Positions 25,355 through 33,296 of a DNA stretch of 64,000 nucleotides are shown piece by piece. The stretch is from Pseudomonadota bacterium (GTDB lineage: Bacteria; Desulfobacterota; Desulfobacteria; Desulfobacterales; JAFDDL01). The notes beneath the pieces are model-generated. The model had not been told where the DNA came from. It saw only the letters and a list, made by a program, of their open reading frames with translations, and made no database searches. The stretch is from NCBI GenBank assembly GCA_043797445.1, contig JAZDPP010000187.1, forward strand, positions 7,228 through 71,227. The letters run 5' to 3'. Positions within the stretch are counted from its first letter, which is position 1, and the number at the start of each line of letters is the position of its first letter. The position numbers were made by a program, and so were the translations under genes.

Positions 25355-27301
25355 ATGCGACGAATATCAGTTATTCTTACGAAATGTTTAATGGCTTTAT
25401 TGCTATCTTTCACAGCCGATCGGCTATGCATGGCCGAAATCGTGCCCGGGCAGACGGCTCCGGGCTTTTCTCTAAAAGATGCCGGCGGAAAAACCTATGA
25501 TCTTGATGGGATAGCATCCAGGCCGATGGCGATTCTGTACTTCTTCGATGCGGATTCCCGGCCGAGTCAGGAAGGTCTTTTCAGTTTGGACAAACTGACA
25601 AAGCGCTTCACCGGTCAGGAACTGGCCGTATGGGGAATTACAACCTCCGCCAGGGAATCCACCGCCAAGTTCATTTCTCAGACCACTCCGGTATTTCCGG
25701 TTCTCCTCGATCCCGGCAATGTCAGCGATCTTTATGCCGCCCGGACGATTCTGCCGACCATCTGCATCCTCGGACCGGACCGGAAAATCCTCGACTATTT
25801 CCAGGGGGGCGGTAAAACCACTGAAATCATGCTGGTAAAGCTTGCCGAAAGAACCTTGCAACAAAAACAGACCGTGGTAGCCAAGGCCATAAGCGATGCG
25901 GTCATCGAGAAAAACCCGGAAAACATCAAAGCCAAAACCGTCAAGGGGTATGCGGAAATAAAAGAGGGGAATCTGGCGAACGCCGAAAAGATTTTCCAGA
26001 ACGTATCCTCGGGGAAAGGTCAGGCGGAAATTCTGGGGAAGGAAGGACTTAGCGCCGTCTATGCCAAAAAAGGGGATACGCAAAAAGCCCTGAACATGGC
26101 ACAGGAAGTCGAACAGATGGCCCCGGAAAGGCCCTACGCGAATCTCGTGAAAGCGGACATTCTTTACGGCCAGAAGAAAACCAGCGAGGCGGGCGCCGAA
26201 TACGGTAAAGCGGTAGCTAAAAAAGAGGGGGAGCCCTTTCAAAAAGCCGCTGCACTCAACCAGTTTGGGCGCTTTCAAGCGAATTTGGGCAAATTCGATC
26301 AGGCGAGATCGCTTTATGACCAGGCCATCGCGGTAGATCCTTTTTATGTGGAAGCTACATCCAATAAGGGAATGACCTATGAAAAAGAGGGGAAATGGGA
26401 AAACGCCCTGAGTTCCTACCGTCAAGCGCAGGGCCTCGATAAAACCGATACGTTTGCGGCCGTTCTGGCCCAAAAAGCCGAGCAGATGCTCGCCCTTCAG
26501 AAAAACACGGAAAAGCGAAGCGAGATCGACCGGCTGGTGAAGGAACTGGCCGAACGGTTTCGACAGCAACAGAAGGAAACGCCTAAATCCCAGGATACCT
26601 GGACCTCTCGACCCATGATACTAACCTTCGTGGATCTTCAGGAAAAAGGCGGTCTTTCCGAAAGAGACGGGTTCTCAACCGTCATTACCACCGAACTGGG
26701 GGATAAGCTCAATGCCTCGGGCCGGCTAAAAGTCGTTGAGCGGGCCGTCCTGGATCAACTGCTCTCGGAGTTGAATCTCGGATCGTCGGATCTGGCGGAC
26801 CCGGAAACCGCCCTCAAGCTCGGCCGGGTACTTGCCGCTAAAATCATCGGCACCGGCACCTTGCTTCACGGGCCTAACACTACACTGATGAGTCTGAGGC
26901 TTATCGATACGGAAACCACGGCTGTCCCAAAGGTGATCACCCAGGAGCTGGCTTCCGGCGAGATGTTACCTCAAACGCTTCATAGTCTCACACGTGAAAT
27001 CCTGACCGCGATAATTCAGAAATATCCACTCCAGGGCTATGTCGTCCAGGCATCGGAAGAAAAAATCATGCTCAATCTGGGGAAAAACCAGGGCGTCGTG
27101 CAAGGCGCCCAGTTTGAGGTGATCGAAACGCAGGCGCCCATCGAGTACAAGGGCAAAATGCTAAAGGGAGCACCCAAGACCGTCGGGCAAATTGAAATTG
27201 TCAGTACGGAACCGGATCTAAGTTACGCAAAGGTCATTCAAAAAGAGCGTGCGCTGAAACAGGATGATCAGGTGATAGAAAAAATGACGACGGCCCTGTA
27301 G
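25355..27301 (+). CDS. Secreted three-part protein: Cys-less thioredoxin/redoxin-like domain, TPR region, C-terminal CsgG/LpoB-like domain
   Basis: Signal peptide. Redoxin-like GQTAPGFSLKD..PMAILYFFDADSRPSQ has no CxxC. Several TPR units follow. C-terminal ...RLKVVERAVLDQLLSELNLGSSDLADPETALKLGRVLAAKIIGTG...LRLIDTETT. Confidence 0.7.
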   Translation: MRRISVILTKCLMALLLSFTADRLCMAEIVPGQTAPGFSLKDAGGKTYDLDGIASRPMAILYFFDADSRPSQEGLFSLDKLTKRFTGQELAVWGITTSARESTAKFISQTTPVFPVLLDPGNVSDLYAARTILPTICILGPDRKILDYFQGGGKTTEIMLVKLAERTLQQKQTVVAKAISDAVIEKNPENIKAKTVKGYAEIKEGNLANAEKIFQNVSSGKGQAEILGKEGLSAVYAKKGDTQKALNMAQEVEQMAPERPYANLVKADILYGQKKTSEAGAEYGKAVAKKEGEPFQKAAALNQFGRFQANLGKFDQARSLYDQAIAVDPFYVEATSNKGMTYEKEGKWENALSSYRQAQGLDKTDTFAAVLAQKAEQMLALQKNTEKRSEIDRLVKELAERFRQQQKETPKSQDTWTSRPMILTFVDLQEKGGLSERDGFSTVITTELGDKLNASGRLKVVERAVLDQLLSELNLGSSDLADPETALKLGRVLAAKIIGTGTLLHGPNTTLMSLRLIDTETTAVPKVITQELASGEMLPQTLHSLTREILTAIIQKYPLQGYVVQASEEKIMLNLGKNQGVVQGAQFEVIETQAPIEYKGKMLKGAPKTVGQIEIVSTEPDLSYAKVIQKERALKQDDQVIEKMTTAL

Positions 27302-27318
27302 AAGAGGTATAAATAATA

Positions 27319-27813
27319 ATGAAACGATCTTTGCTTTTCATTGCCATATGCTTTCTCCTGTGCAGCTGCGCCACCGCTCCGGTGGCGCCGCCCACGGGTT
27401 CAATCGAGAAAAAACATACCGTTGCCGTCTGGGATCTGGAGAACCTGAGTCCTTTGGGAACCGCTCAGATGGATCTGGGAGATCTTCTTTCCGCCCGGAT
27501 AATCGAAACGGTTCAGCAGGGGGGCTATACGACGATCGAAAGGGAAAAACTGGAGATTGCGCTAAGGGAGCTTAATCTGGGCTCATCGTCACTTGCCGAT
27601 TCATCCACCCAGCTTCGCATCGGTCGAATCGCCGGCGCAAGCCGAATGATATTCGGCGCTTACCAGGTGGTAGGAAATCAGATGCGGCTCGATCTTCGGT
27701 TGGTGGACGTGGAAACGGGCCGCATCCTGAAATCCGCCGAGAAAACCGCCGGTGACGGTGATCTTTCCGGTTGGCTGAAAGCCGCGGAGGCGGCGGCAAA
27801 GGAGTTGCTTTAA
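27319..27813 (+). CDS. Small lipoprotein with CsgG/LpoB-like fold
   Basis: Lipobox-like LLCSC. VAVWDLENLS...YTTIEREKLEIALRELNLGSSSLADSSTQLRIGRIAGASRMIFG...LRLVDVETGRIL is paralogous to the C-terminus of the preceding gene. Confidence 0.7.
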   Translation: MKRSLLFIAICFLLCSCATAPVAPPTGSIEKKHTVAVWDLENLSPLGTAQMDLGDLLSARIIETVQQGGYTTIEREKLEIALRELNLGSSSLADSSTQLRIGRIAGASRMIFGAYQVVGNQMRLDLRLVDVETGRILKSAEKTAGDGDLSGWLKAAEAAAKELL

Positions 27814-27822
27814 CCGCCGATT

Positions 27823-27851
27823 CGGGATCATTCCTTGAAGGAATGATCCCG
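27823..27851. terminator. Bidirectional hairpin between convergent genes
   Basis: CGGGATCATTCC-ttgaa-GGAATGATCCCG, a 12-bp perfect stem, lying between stop 27813 (+) and stop 27869 (-). Confidence 0.6.
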
Positions 27852-27868
27852 GGCACTGCTTTGATGGA

Positions 27869-28990
27869 CTAAAACATTTTTGTCACAATAACGCTGGCGA
27901 CAAACCCGTTGTAAGTTCTGTCGCCGGTATGCCACCAGTTGCGCTCCTCATCAAGGATATAACCGTTCAGACCGAATTCACCTTTCAAAAGCGGAGTGAA
28001 CTGCCTGGCGATGGCGAACGCAAGAGAGATCTTCCGCTTGTCTCCGATATAGAAGGGGGAATCGGACGCATAGTCGTTTTCCATCACGTACATATAGTAT
28101 AATTGAGAACGAAGCGTGGTCTCCTTGGACAAATGATATTTCCAGGCCAAATCGGCGCTCCACTCATCGCCGTAGCTGTCACGATCTTCCGAGGTCAAAC
28201 CTCGACCTTCTTCCTGAAACCGGCTTTTCCCTCTGAAAATTCCCTGAAAGGTCAGCATGACATCCCAATTGGTCTGGTAATAGTTTGAGCCAATCCCGAC
28301 AAGGAAGAATTCGCCTTCTTCATAATAGTCACGGCTTCCGACTTCGTCATTCCCGTACTGGGCGATCTCGCTAAACAGGCGTCCCTGCCACTTGGGTGAA
28401 AAAAAATAAGAGACCTCTCCGGTGAGACTCAAAATATCTCCGGGGTTATAATTCACAACTGTCTCGCTATAATCGTATTCCCCGCGCCAGAGATATCCCA
28501 CGCCGATGCCGGCTGCAAGGTTATTCCAAACCTTCGCGAGAGTAATGGTCGGATTGATGTTAAACCCTTCCCCAAAACGGCTGATCGCGACCAGATCCGG
28601 ATCCAGAACCAAACCCTGTTCCTTTTTATCGAGTTTGGTCTTTCCGGTGGGAAGATTAAAATCAAGGCCAAAGACGAGGTCGGCAAAAAACTTATCGACA
28701 ATCTCGTACGAAAGATTTGCTTTGGTATCAATGATGCATGAAAGCGAATCACTTGTCCCAACGGATGGATCCGAATAAGTATGGGCAAACGAGGTCAATA
28801 TTTTCGCCGAAAAATTGGATTGCTCGGCAAAAATGGATATGGGGATATATGTTTGACTTCCCCGATGATCATCGTCGCTGTCCCACCAGTTAAAATTCAA
28901 GCCGGTCTGGATGTTGACATTGACCGCGTAACTCACGCCGCCACTTACCAAAAATAAAAACACCGCAATTACCCAGACTATTTTCTTCAT
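27869..28990 (-). CDS. Outer-membrane beta-barrel protein, unknown specificity
   Basis: Signal peptide MKKIVWVIAVFLFLVSGGVSYA. Alternating amphipathic strands rich in Y/G/N/D. C-terminal ...VIVTKMF with terminal Phe. Confidence 0.65.
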   Translation of the reverse strand: MKKIVWVIAVFLFLVSGGVSYAVNVNIQTGLNFNWWDSDDDHRGSQTYIPISIFAEQSNFSAKILTSFAHTYSDPSVGTSDSLSCIIDTKANLSYEIVDKFFADLVFGLDFNLPTGKTKLDKKEQGLVLDPDLVAISRFGEGFNINPTITLAKVWNNLAAGIGVGYLWRGEYDYSETVVNYNPGDILSLTGEVSYFFSPKWQGRLFSEIAQYGNDEVGSRDYYEEGEFFLVGIGSNYYQTNWDVMLTFQGIFRGKSRFQEEGRGLTSEDRDSYGDEWSADLAWKYHLSKETTLRSQLYYMYVMENDYASDSPFYIGDKRKISLAFAIARQFTPLLKGEFGLNGYILDEERNWWHTGDRTYNGFVASVIVTKMF

Positions 28991-29018
28991 ATCTTTAATC
29001 CTTTCTGGGGAAAATCCA

Positions 29019-31478
29019 TTAATCTATTGGTACGCAAATTGACCCGGAGCCAAATATTATCAGCATACAATGACCTGTATCTCCACAGTCGGTAAGGCCG
29101 TCGCAATTGTTATCAACCCCATCATCGCAGATTTCCGCCGCGATGGGGGATATGCCTTGATTGGAATCGTTACAGTCTCCCTGGTTCTCGGTATAACCAT
29201 CCCCGTCGTTATCGATGTCATTCGGATTGATAGTACAATCAATGCCATCGCAGTCCTGGTCTATTTGGTCATTACAGATTTCGGTCGCGCCGGGGTGAAT
29301 ACTCGCGTTCCCGTCGTTGCAATCGCCCATTGTCTCCGTGTAGCCATCTCCGTCATTATCCACGTCATTGGGATCGGGGGGGCATGCCTCATCGCTCCCA
29401 TTACAGTCCTGATCGATACTATCCCCGCATTTCTCCACGGCGCCCGGATGGATACTCGCGTTCCCGTCGTTGCAATCGCCCTGTCTCTCCGTATAGCCAT
29501 CACCGTCATTATCTACGTCATTGGGATCGGGGGGACAAACCTCATCGCTCCCATTACAATCCTGATCGATACTATCCCCGCATATCTCCACGGCGCCCGG
29601 ATGGATGCTTGCGTTCCCGTCGTTGCAATCGCCCTGTCGCTCCGTATAGCCATCACCGTCATTATCCGCGTCATTGGGATCGGGGGGGCAAATCGTATCG
29701 CTCCCATTACAGTCCTGATCGATACTATCTCCGCATATATCCACGGCGCCGGGATGAACCCCCACGTTTGCATCGTTGCAGTCACCCTGTCGGACCGTAT
29801 AGCCATCTCTGTCATTGTCTATATCATCCGAGCAACTCAAATCACTCCCGTTACAATCTTGATCAATCCCATCGCCGCATAACTCCCTTGCACCGGGATG
29901 AATTTCCCAGTTCCCGTCGTTGCAATCTCCCTGTTTTTCGGTGTAGCCATCTGCGTCATTATCGATTTCATCGGGACAAATCGCATCACTTCCATCACAG
30001 TCCTGATCGATCCCATCGCTACATATTTCCACCGCTCCGGGGTGAATGCTCGCATCGGTATCATTACAGTCCCCCTGATTCCGCTTATAGCCGTCTCCGT
30101 CACCATCAATATCCACCGGGCAGGCCAAATCGCTCCCGTTACAATCCTGATCGATACTATCCCCGCATATCTCCGTGGCGCCCGGATGGATACCCGCGCT
30201 CCCGTCGTTGCAATCGCCCTGTCGCTCCGTATAGCCATCACTGTCATTATCCACGTCATTGGGATCGGGGGGGCAGGCCGCATCGCTCCCATTACAGTCC
30301 TGATCGATACTATCCCCGCATATCTCCGTGGCGCCGGGATGGATACCCGCACTCCCGTCGTTGCAATCGCCCTGTCTCTCCGTGTAACCATCACCGTCAT
30401 TATCTATGTCTTCCGGGCATTTCAGATCACTCCCGTTACAGTCCTGGTCAATCCCATCGCCGCATGTTTCCGCGGCGCCGGGGTGTATGGTTGCATCGGT
30501 ATCGTTACAATCCCCCTGGTTCTCCGTAAACCCATCTTTATCATTGTCCACGTCATCCGGTTTGGGCGGCCTCAGACTCTGACGTTTTTCCACTTCCAGG
30601 GGCGTTCTGGTCCGACGCACCACCTGATCCGGTGACAACTGATCCGTAAGTGAAGTCCGGTCTCGAAGGGATCTTAAGAAAGCGCGAGAATCGTTAGTCC
30701 TGCCGATCAGCCCGAGAACTTCCAATTCTTTCAGTGAATCAGAGGCGGGTATCAGCCCCGGATCGGCTTTCAGGGCCATCCGATAGAAATTTGCGGCCAT
30801 CTGGTAATTCCCCTGATCACTTTCATGAAACCCCCTGAAGAGAAAAATCAGCGCCTCCAGACTGGTGGTCATCGGTTTTCGTAACTCCGCCTCGATTTCC
30901 TTCGTTGCCGGGGTTATTTTCAGATTATCCAGAATTCCAAATAGAACATCCTTCTCCATTCGGAAAATTTCCTCAAGAAGCCCCTTGCTATCGGGAAGAT
31001 CCGTAAGCTTTGCGTCACTCGTGTTTAACACACCAGGATCGATCCCGAATTGCTCCAAATCGGATTTATAAAATTTTCCACCAACCACTTGAGCCGCTCC
31101 CAACAGCCGCCCGACCCGGGGGGCGGTATCGGGATCGACCAATCCCGATTTACCAAGGCCTATTTCTTCCACCAGCGCCTGAAGCTTTGCGCGCTCCACG
31201 AGTTGGAGTCCGTCTACTTTGGACAGATCGGTTATCAGCATATAGGCAAACCCTTTTTGAACGGGATCCAGCGCGGGCGAACCGGTATCATTTATAAAGT
31301 AGAGAATCGCAAGGGTACCCGGCGTGCCGGCGCCCTCAAGGGCTTTTTCCTGGGCGACCGCAACCTTGGCCCAATTCCGGTGCGAATCGGTTACCACCTG
31401 ACCGGCCCAACCCGTTCCGGTAACAAAGCTCCAAAGGAGAATGCCCCCCGTGACTTGACACAACCATTTCTTCATCAT
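29019..31478 (-). CDS. Large secreted protein: N-terminal CsgG/LpoB-like domain, TPR-like segment, then 10 Cys-rich MopE-type / TSP3-like repeats
   Basis: N-terminus LAILYFINDTGS...LQLVERAKLQALVEEIGLGKSGLVDPDTAPRVGRLLGA. Ten units of D-x-D-N-D-G-D-G-Y-T-E-x-Q-G-D-C-N-D-x3-I-H-P-G-A-x-E-x-C-G-D-x-I-D-Q-D-C-N-G-S-D-x2-C. Confidence 0.8.
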   Translation of the reverse strand: MMKKWLCQVTGGILLWSFVTGTGWAGQVVTDSHRNWAKVAVAQEKALEGAGTPGTLAILYFINDTGSPALDPVQKGFAYMLITDLSKVDGLQLVERAKLQALVEEIGLGKSGLVDPDTAPRVGRLLGAAQVVGGKFYKSDLEQFGIDPGVLNTSDAKLTDLPDSKGLLEEIFRMEKDVLFGILDNLKITPATKEIEAELRKPMTTSLEALIFLFRGFHESDQGNYQMAANFYRMALKADPGLIPASDSLKELEVLGLIGRTNDSRAFLRSLRDRTSLTDQLSPDQVVRRTRTPLEVEKRQSLRPPKPDDVDNDKDGFTENQGDCNDTDATIHPGAAETCGDGIDQDCNGSDLKCPEDIDNDGDGYTERQGDCNDGSAGIHPGATEICGDSIDQDCNGSDAACPPDPNDVDNDSDGYTERQGDCNDGSAGIHPGATEICGDSIDQDCNGSDLACPVDIDGDGDGYKRNQGDCNDTDASIHPGAVEICSDGIDQDCDGSDAICPDEIDNDADGYTEKQGDCNDGNWEIHPGARELCGDGIDQDCNGSDLSCSDDIDNDRDGYTVRQGDCNDANVGVHPGAVDICGDSIDQDCNGSDTICPPDPNDADNDGDGYTERQGDCNDGNASIHPGAVEICGDSIDQDCNGSDEVCPPDPNDVDNDGDGYTERQGDCNDGNASIHPGAVEKCGDSIDQDCNGSDEACPPDPNDVDNDGDGYTETMGDCNDGNASIHPGATEICNDQIDQDCDGIDCTINPNDIDNDGDGYTENQGDCNDSNQGISPIAAEICDDGVDNNCDGLTDCGDTGHCMLIIFGSGSICVPID
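29080..30566. repeat. In-frame tandem DNA repeats (about 130-140 bp period) encoding the 10 Cys-rich modules
   Basis: Several units are identical or near-identical at protein level, e.g. DNDSDGYTERQGDCNDGSAGIHPGATEICGDSIDQDCNGSD occurs twice. The array produces long spurious ORFs in other frames. Confidence 0.85.
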
Positions 31479-31902
31479 ATCAAAAACTCCTCCACCCTCT
31501 TTTCCGGTGATCTAATGCAATTTTGGTAAATGGTAAATATATGATGGAATTTCAAAAAGATATAAAGTAATTTGCCGATGAATCGTTGCCCGGAAACGGG
31601 AAAAACAGCGGGCCCCGAGACCGGGAGCTTACATACGGCAATTATTGAAATTGATTTGAATTATATAAACGAGGAGTAATTCATATGTCAAACCCAAATC
31701 TTGCGACCGTCCGTCAAAAAAAGCTCGGTGGAATAGCCGAACTGATTCTAACCTTCTGTTATAATAAACCAAAAAGATGTTGCCCCCAATCCGGTTATTG
31801 ACCGGGAACAACAGCCATACTATAGTTCAATAAATCGATGTGAGATTTCCTTAGCCCAACGCCCCAAGCCGTTTAACCCAAGCACCCATGAAGGAGGAAA
31901 TT

Positions 31903-32199
31903 ATGGCTGTCAGGATTCTAATTAAAAGAATAATTCCGGAAAACAAAGCGAGACCGATGATCCCGCTCTTCAGACAGATGCGGCAGATGGCGACAACTCA
32001 GCCCGGATATATTTCGGGGGAGACCCTGCGGAATTACAACGACCCTGAGGAGTTCCTGGTCATCAGTACCTGGCAATCCGCTTCAGACTGGCAAAATTGG
32101 CTGAAGAGCAGCGAACGCCAGGAGATTCAAGCCAAAATTGATGAATTGCTCGGCGGAAATACGCTCTACGATATCTTTCATTACGGTTTTACCGAATGA
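31903..32199 (+). CDS. ABM-fold (antibiotic biosynthesis monooxygenase-like) small protein
   Basis: ILIKRIIPENKA...QPGYISGETLRNYNDPEEFLVISTWQSASDWQNWLKSSERQEI. Start placed at ATG 31903, 5 nt after AAGGAGG; the ORF-track start is 31888. Confidence 0.65.
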   Translation: MAVRILIKRIIPENKARPMIPLFRQMRQMATTQPGYISGETLRNYNDPEEFLVISTWQSASDWQNWLKSSERQEIQAKIDELLGGNTLYDIFHYGFTE

Positions 32200-32204
32200 C
32201 TTTT

Positions 32205-32262
32205 AAAATAGAAAGCCCCGGCAACCATGATGAAGTCCAGGTAAACCGGGGATTTCTATTTT
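32205..32262. terminator. Bidirectional terminator-like hairpin
   Basis: AAAATAGAAAGCCCCGG...CCGGGGATTTCTATTTT: 17-nt arms with 1 mismatch, flanked by A/T runs, between convergent stops 32199 (+) and 32313 (-). Confidence 0.65.
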
Positions 32263-32312
32263 ATGATCTTTCTTCACTCGCGTGAATCGAAGCGAAAGCG
32301 GTGCATCCCCCC

Positions 32313-33275
32313 CTATTCCGGAATCGGTTCCGTGTCGGGAATCGGAATCGGTTCCGTATCCGGGATCTGTATTTCAGGAAGCGTTTCGGTTTCCCCACCC
32401 TTTTCTACCTTGAACATTTCCCTGATGCGCTCGATGGAGACCAGTTTACCTTTCCTTGAAGAGGGCGTTAACAGGGATTTCAGCTTCATTTCCAGCGTGC
32501 GCGGATGCAAGTTGCTTCCGATGGCAACAACCCCTTCCAATATAATCTTCTGCAACAGGAGCTCATGATCGGTTCGCTCCTGAATATGCGCGTTAAGCGG
32601 CAAGAAGAGAAAATTGGCCAATAGAAGACCGTAAAGCGTCGATGTCAATGCGATGGGAACCGTTGCGAGAATGGTTGCCGTGTCGCCGACTCCCGCCAAC
32701 ATGGCTATCAATCCGACGATACTGCCGACAAGGCCGAAGGCGGGGCTGCTTTCTCCGAGCGTTCTGAGAATCCGTTCAATTTCCTCCCGGCGCATCCGAA
32801 AAAAGAACATCTCGGTATTTAAAAAATCCCGAATCTGAGCAACAGGATATCCATCCACCAAAAGCCCCAGCGCATGCCTCAGGAAAAGAACGCTTGCCTC
32901 TTCCTCATCCTCCTGAAGCGACAACAGCCCCTTGAGTTTACTTTTCAAAGACAGATCCACCAACGCTTCGATAATCTCCTCGGGCCGCTTTTGCCGGGAC
33001 CGGAAGGACACCTTTAACACCTTCCAGACAACGGCCAGCCGCTCCAGTCCGAAACTGATCATCGCGGCTCCCATGGTGCCCCCGACCACGATCAGAAAAC
33101 TTGCCAGGTTAAAATACAGCCCTATCTGCCCCCCGATTAAAATTCCGGCAAGAAACAGAATCAGAAAAATCACCAGCCCGACCATATTCCGGTGACTTTT
33201 TAAAGACTCCCGGATTATTTGCTTCTTTTGATTTCGATCCGTATCCATAGGATTTTGCTCGCTCCCCGAAAACAT
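32313..33275 (-). CDS. motA: MotA/PomA-family proton-channel stator subunit with acidic Pro-rich C-terminal tail
   Basis: SPAFGLVGSIVGLI and ALTSTLYGLLLANFLFLP (conserved Pro-containing TM3/TM4 motifs). Tail TETLPEIQIPDTEPIPIPDTEPIPE. The start codon is uncertain. Confidence 0.75.
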   Translation of the reverse strand: MFSGSEQNPMDTDRNQKKQIIRESLKSHRNMVGLVIFLILFLAGILIGGQIGLYFNLASFLIVVGGTMGAAMISFGLERLAVVWKVLKVSFRSRQKRPEEIIEALVDLSLKSKLKGLLSLQEDEEEASVLFLRHALGLLVDGYPVAQIRDFLNTEMFFFRMRREEIERILRTLGESSPAFGLVGSIVGLIAMLAGVGDTATILATVPIALTSTLYGLLLANFLFLPLNAHIQERTDHELLLQKIILEGVVAIGSNLHPRTLEMKLKSLLTPSSRKGKLVSIERIREMFKVEKGGETETLPEIQIPDTEPIPIPDTEPIPE

Positions 33276-33296
33276 CTTCGCCCCCCTGCCCGCGTC

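Noticed and set aside
25472-26569. 365-aa minus-strand ORF
   Set aside because: It is antisense to the TPR region of the 25355-27301 gene. The composition is repetitive (F/L/G/R-rich) and there is no SD or recognisable motif.
29070-30635. Several 245-399-aa plus-strand ORFs and 82-187-aa minus-strand ORFs across the repeat array
   Set aside because: They are artefacts of the tandem repeat, where one stop-free unit is propagated about 10 times. Their products are monotonous (RSHYSPDRYYPRISP... or IAITVIIHVIGIGG...), whereas the minus-strand frame gives a coherent Cys-rich module protein with a signal peptide.
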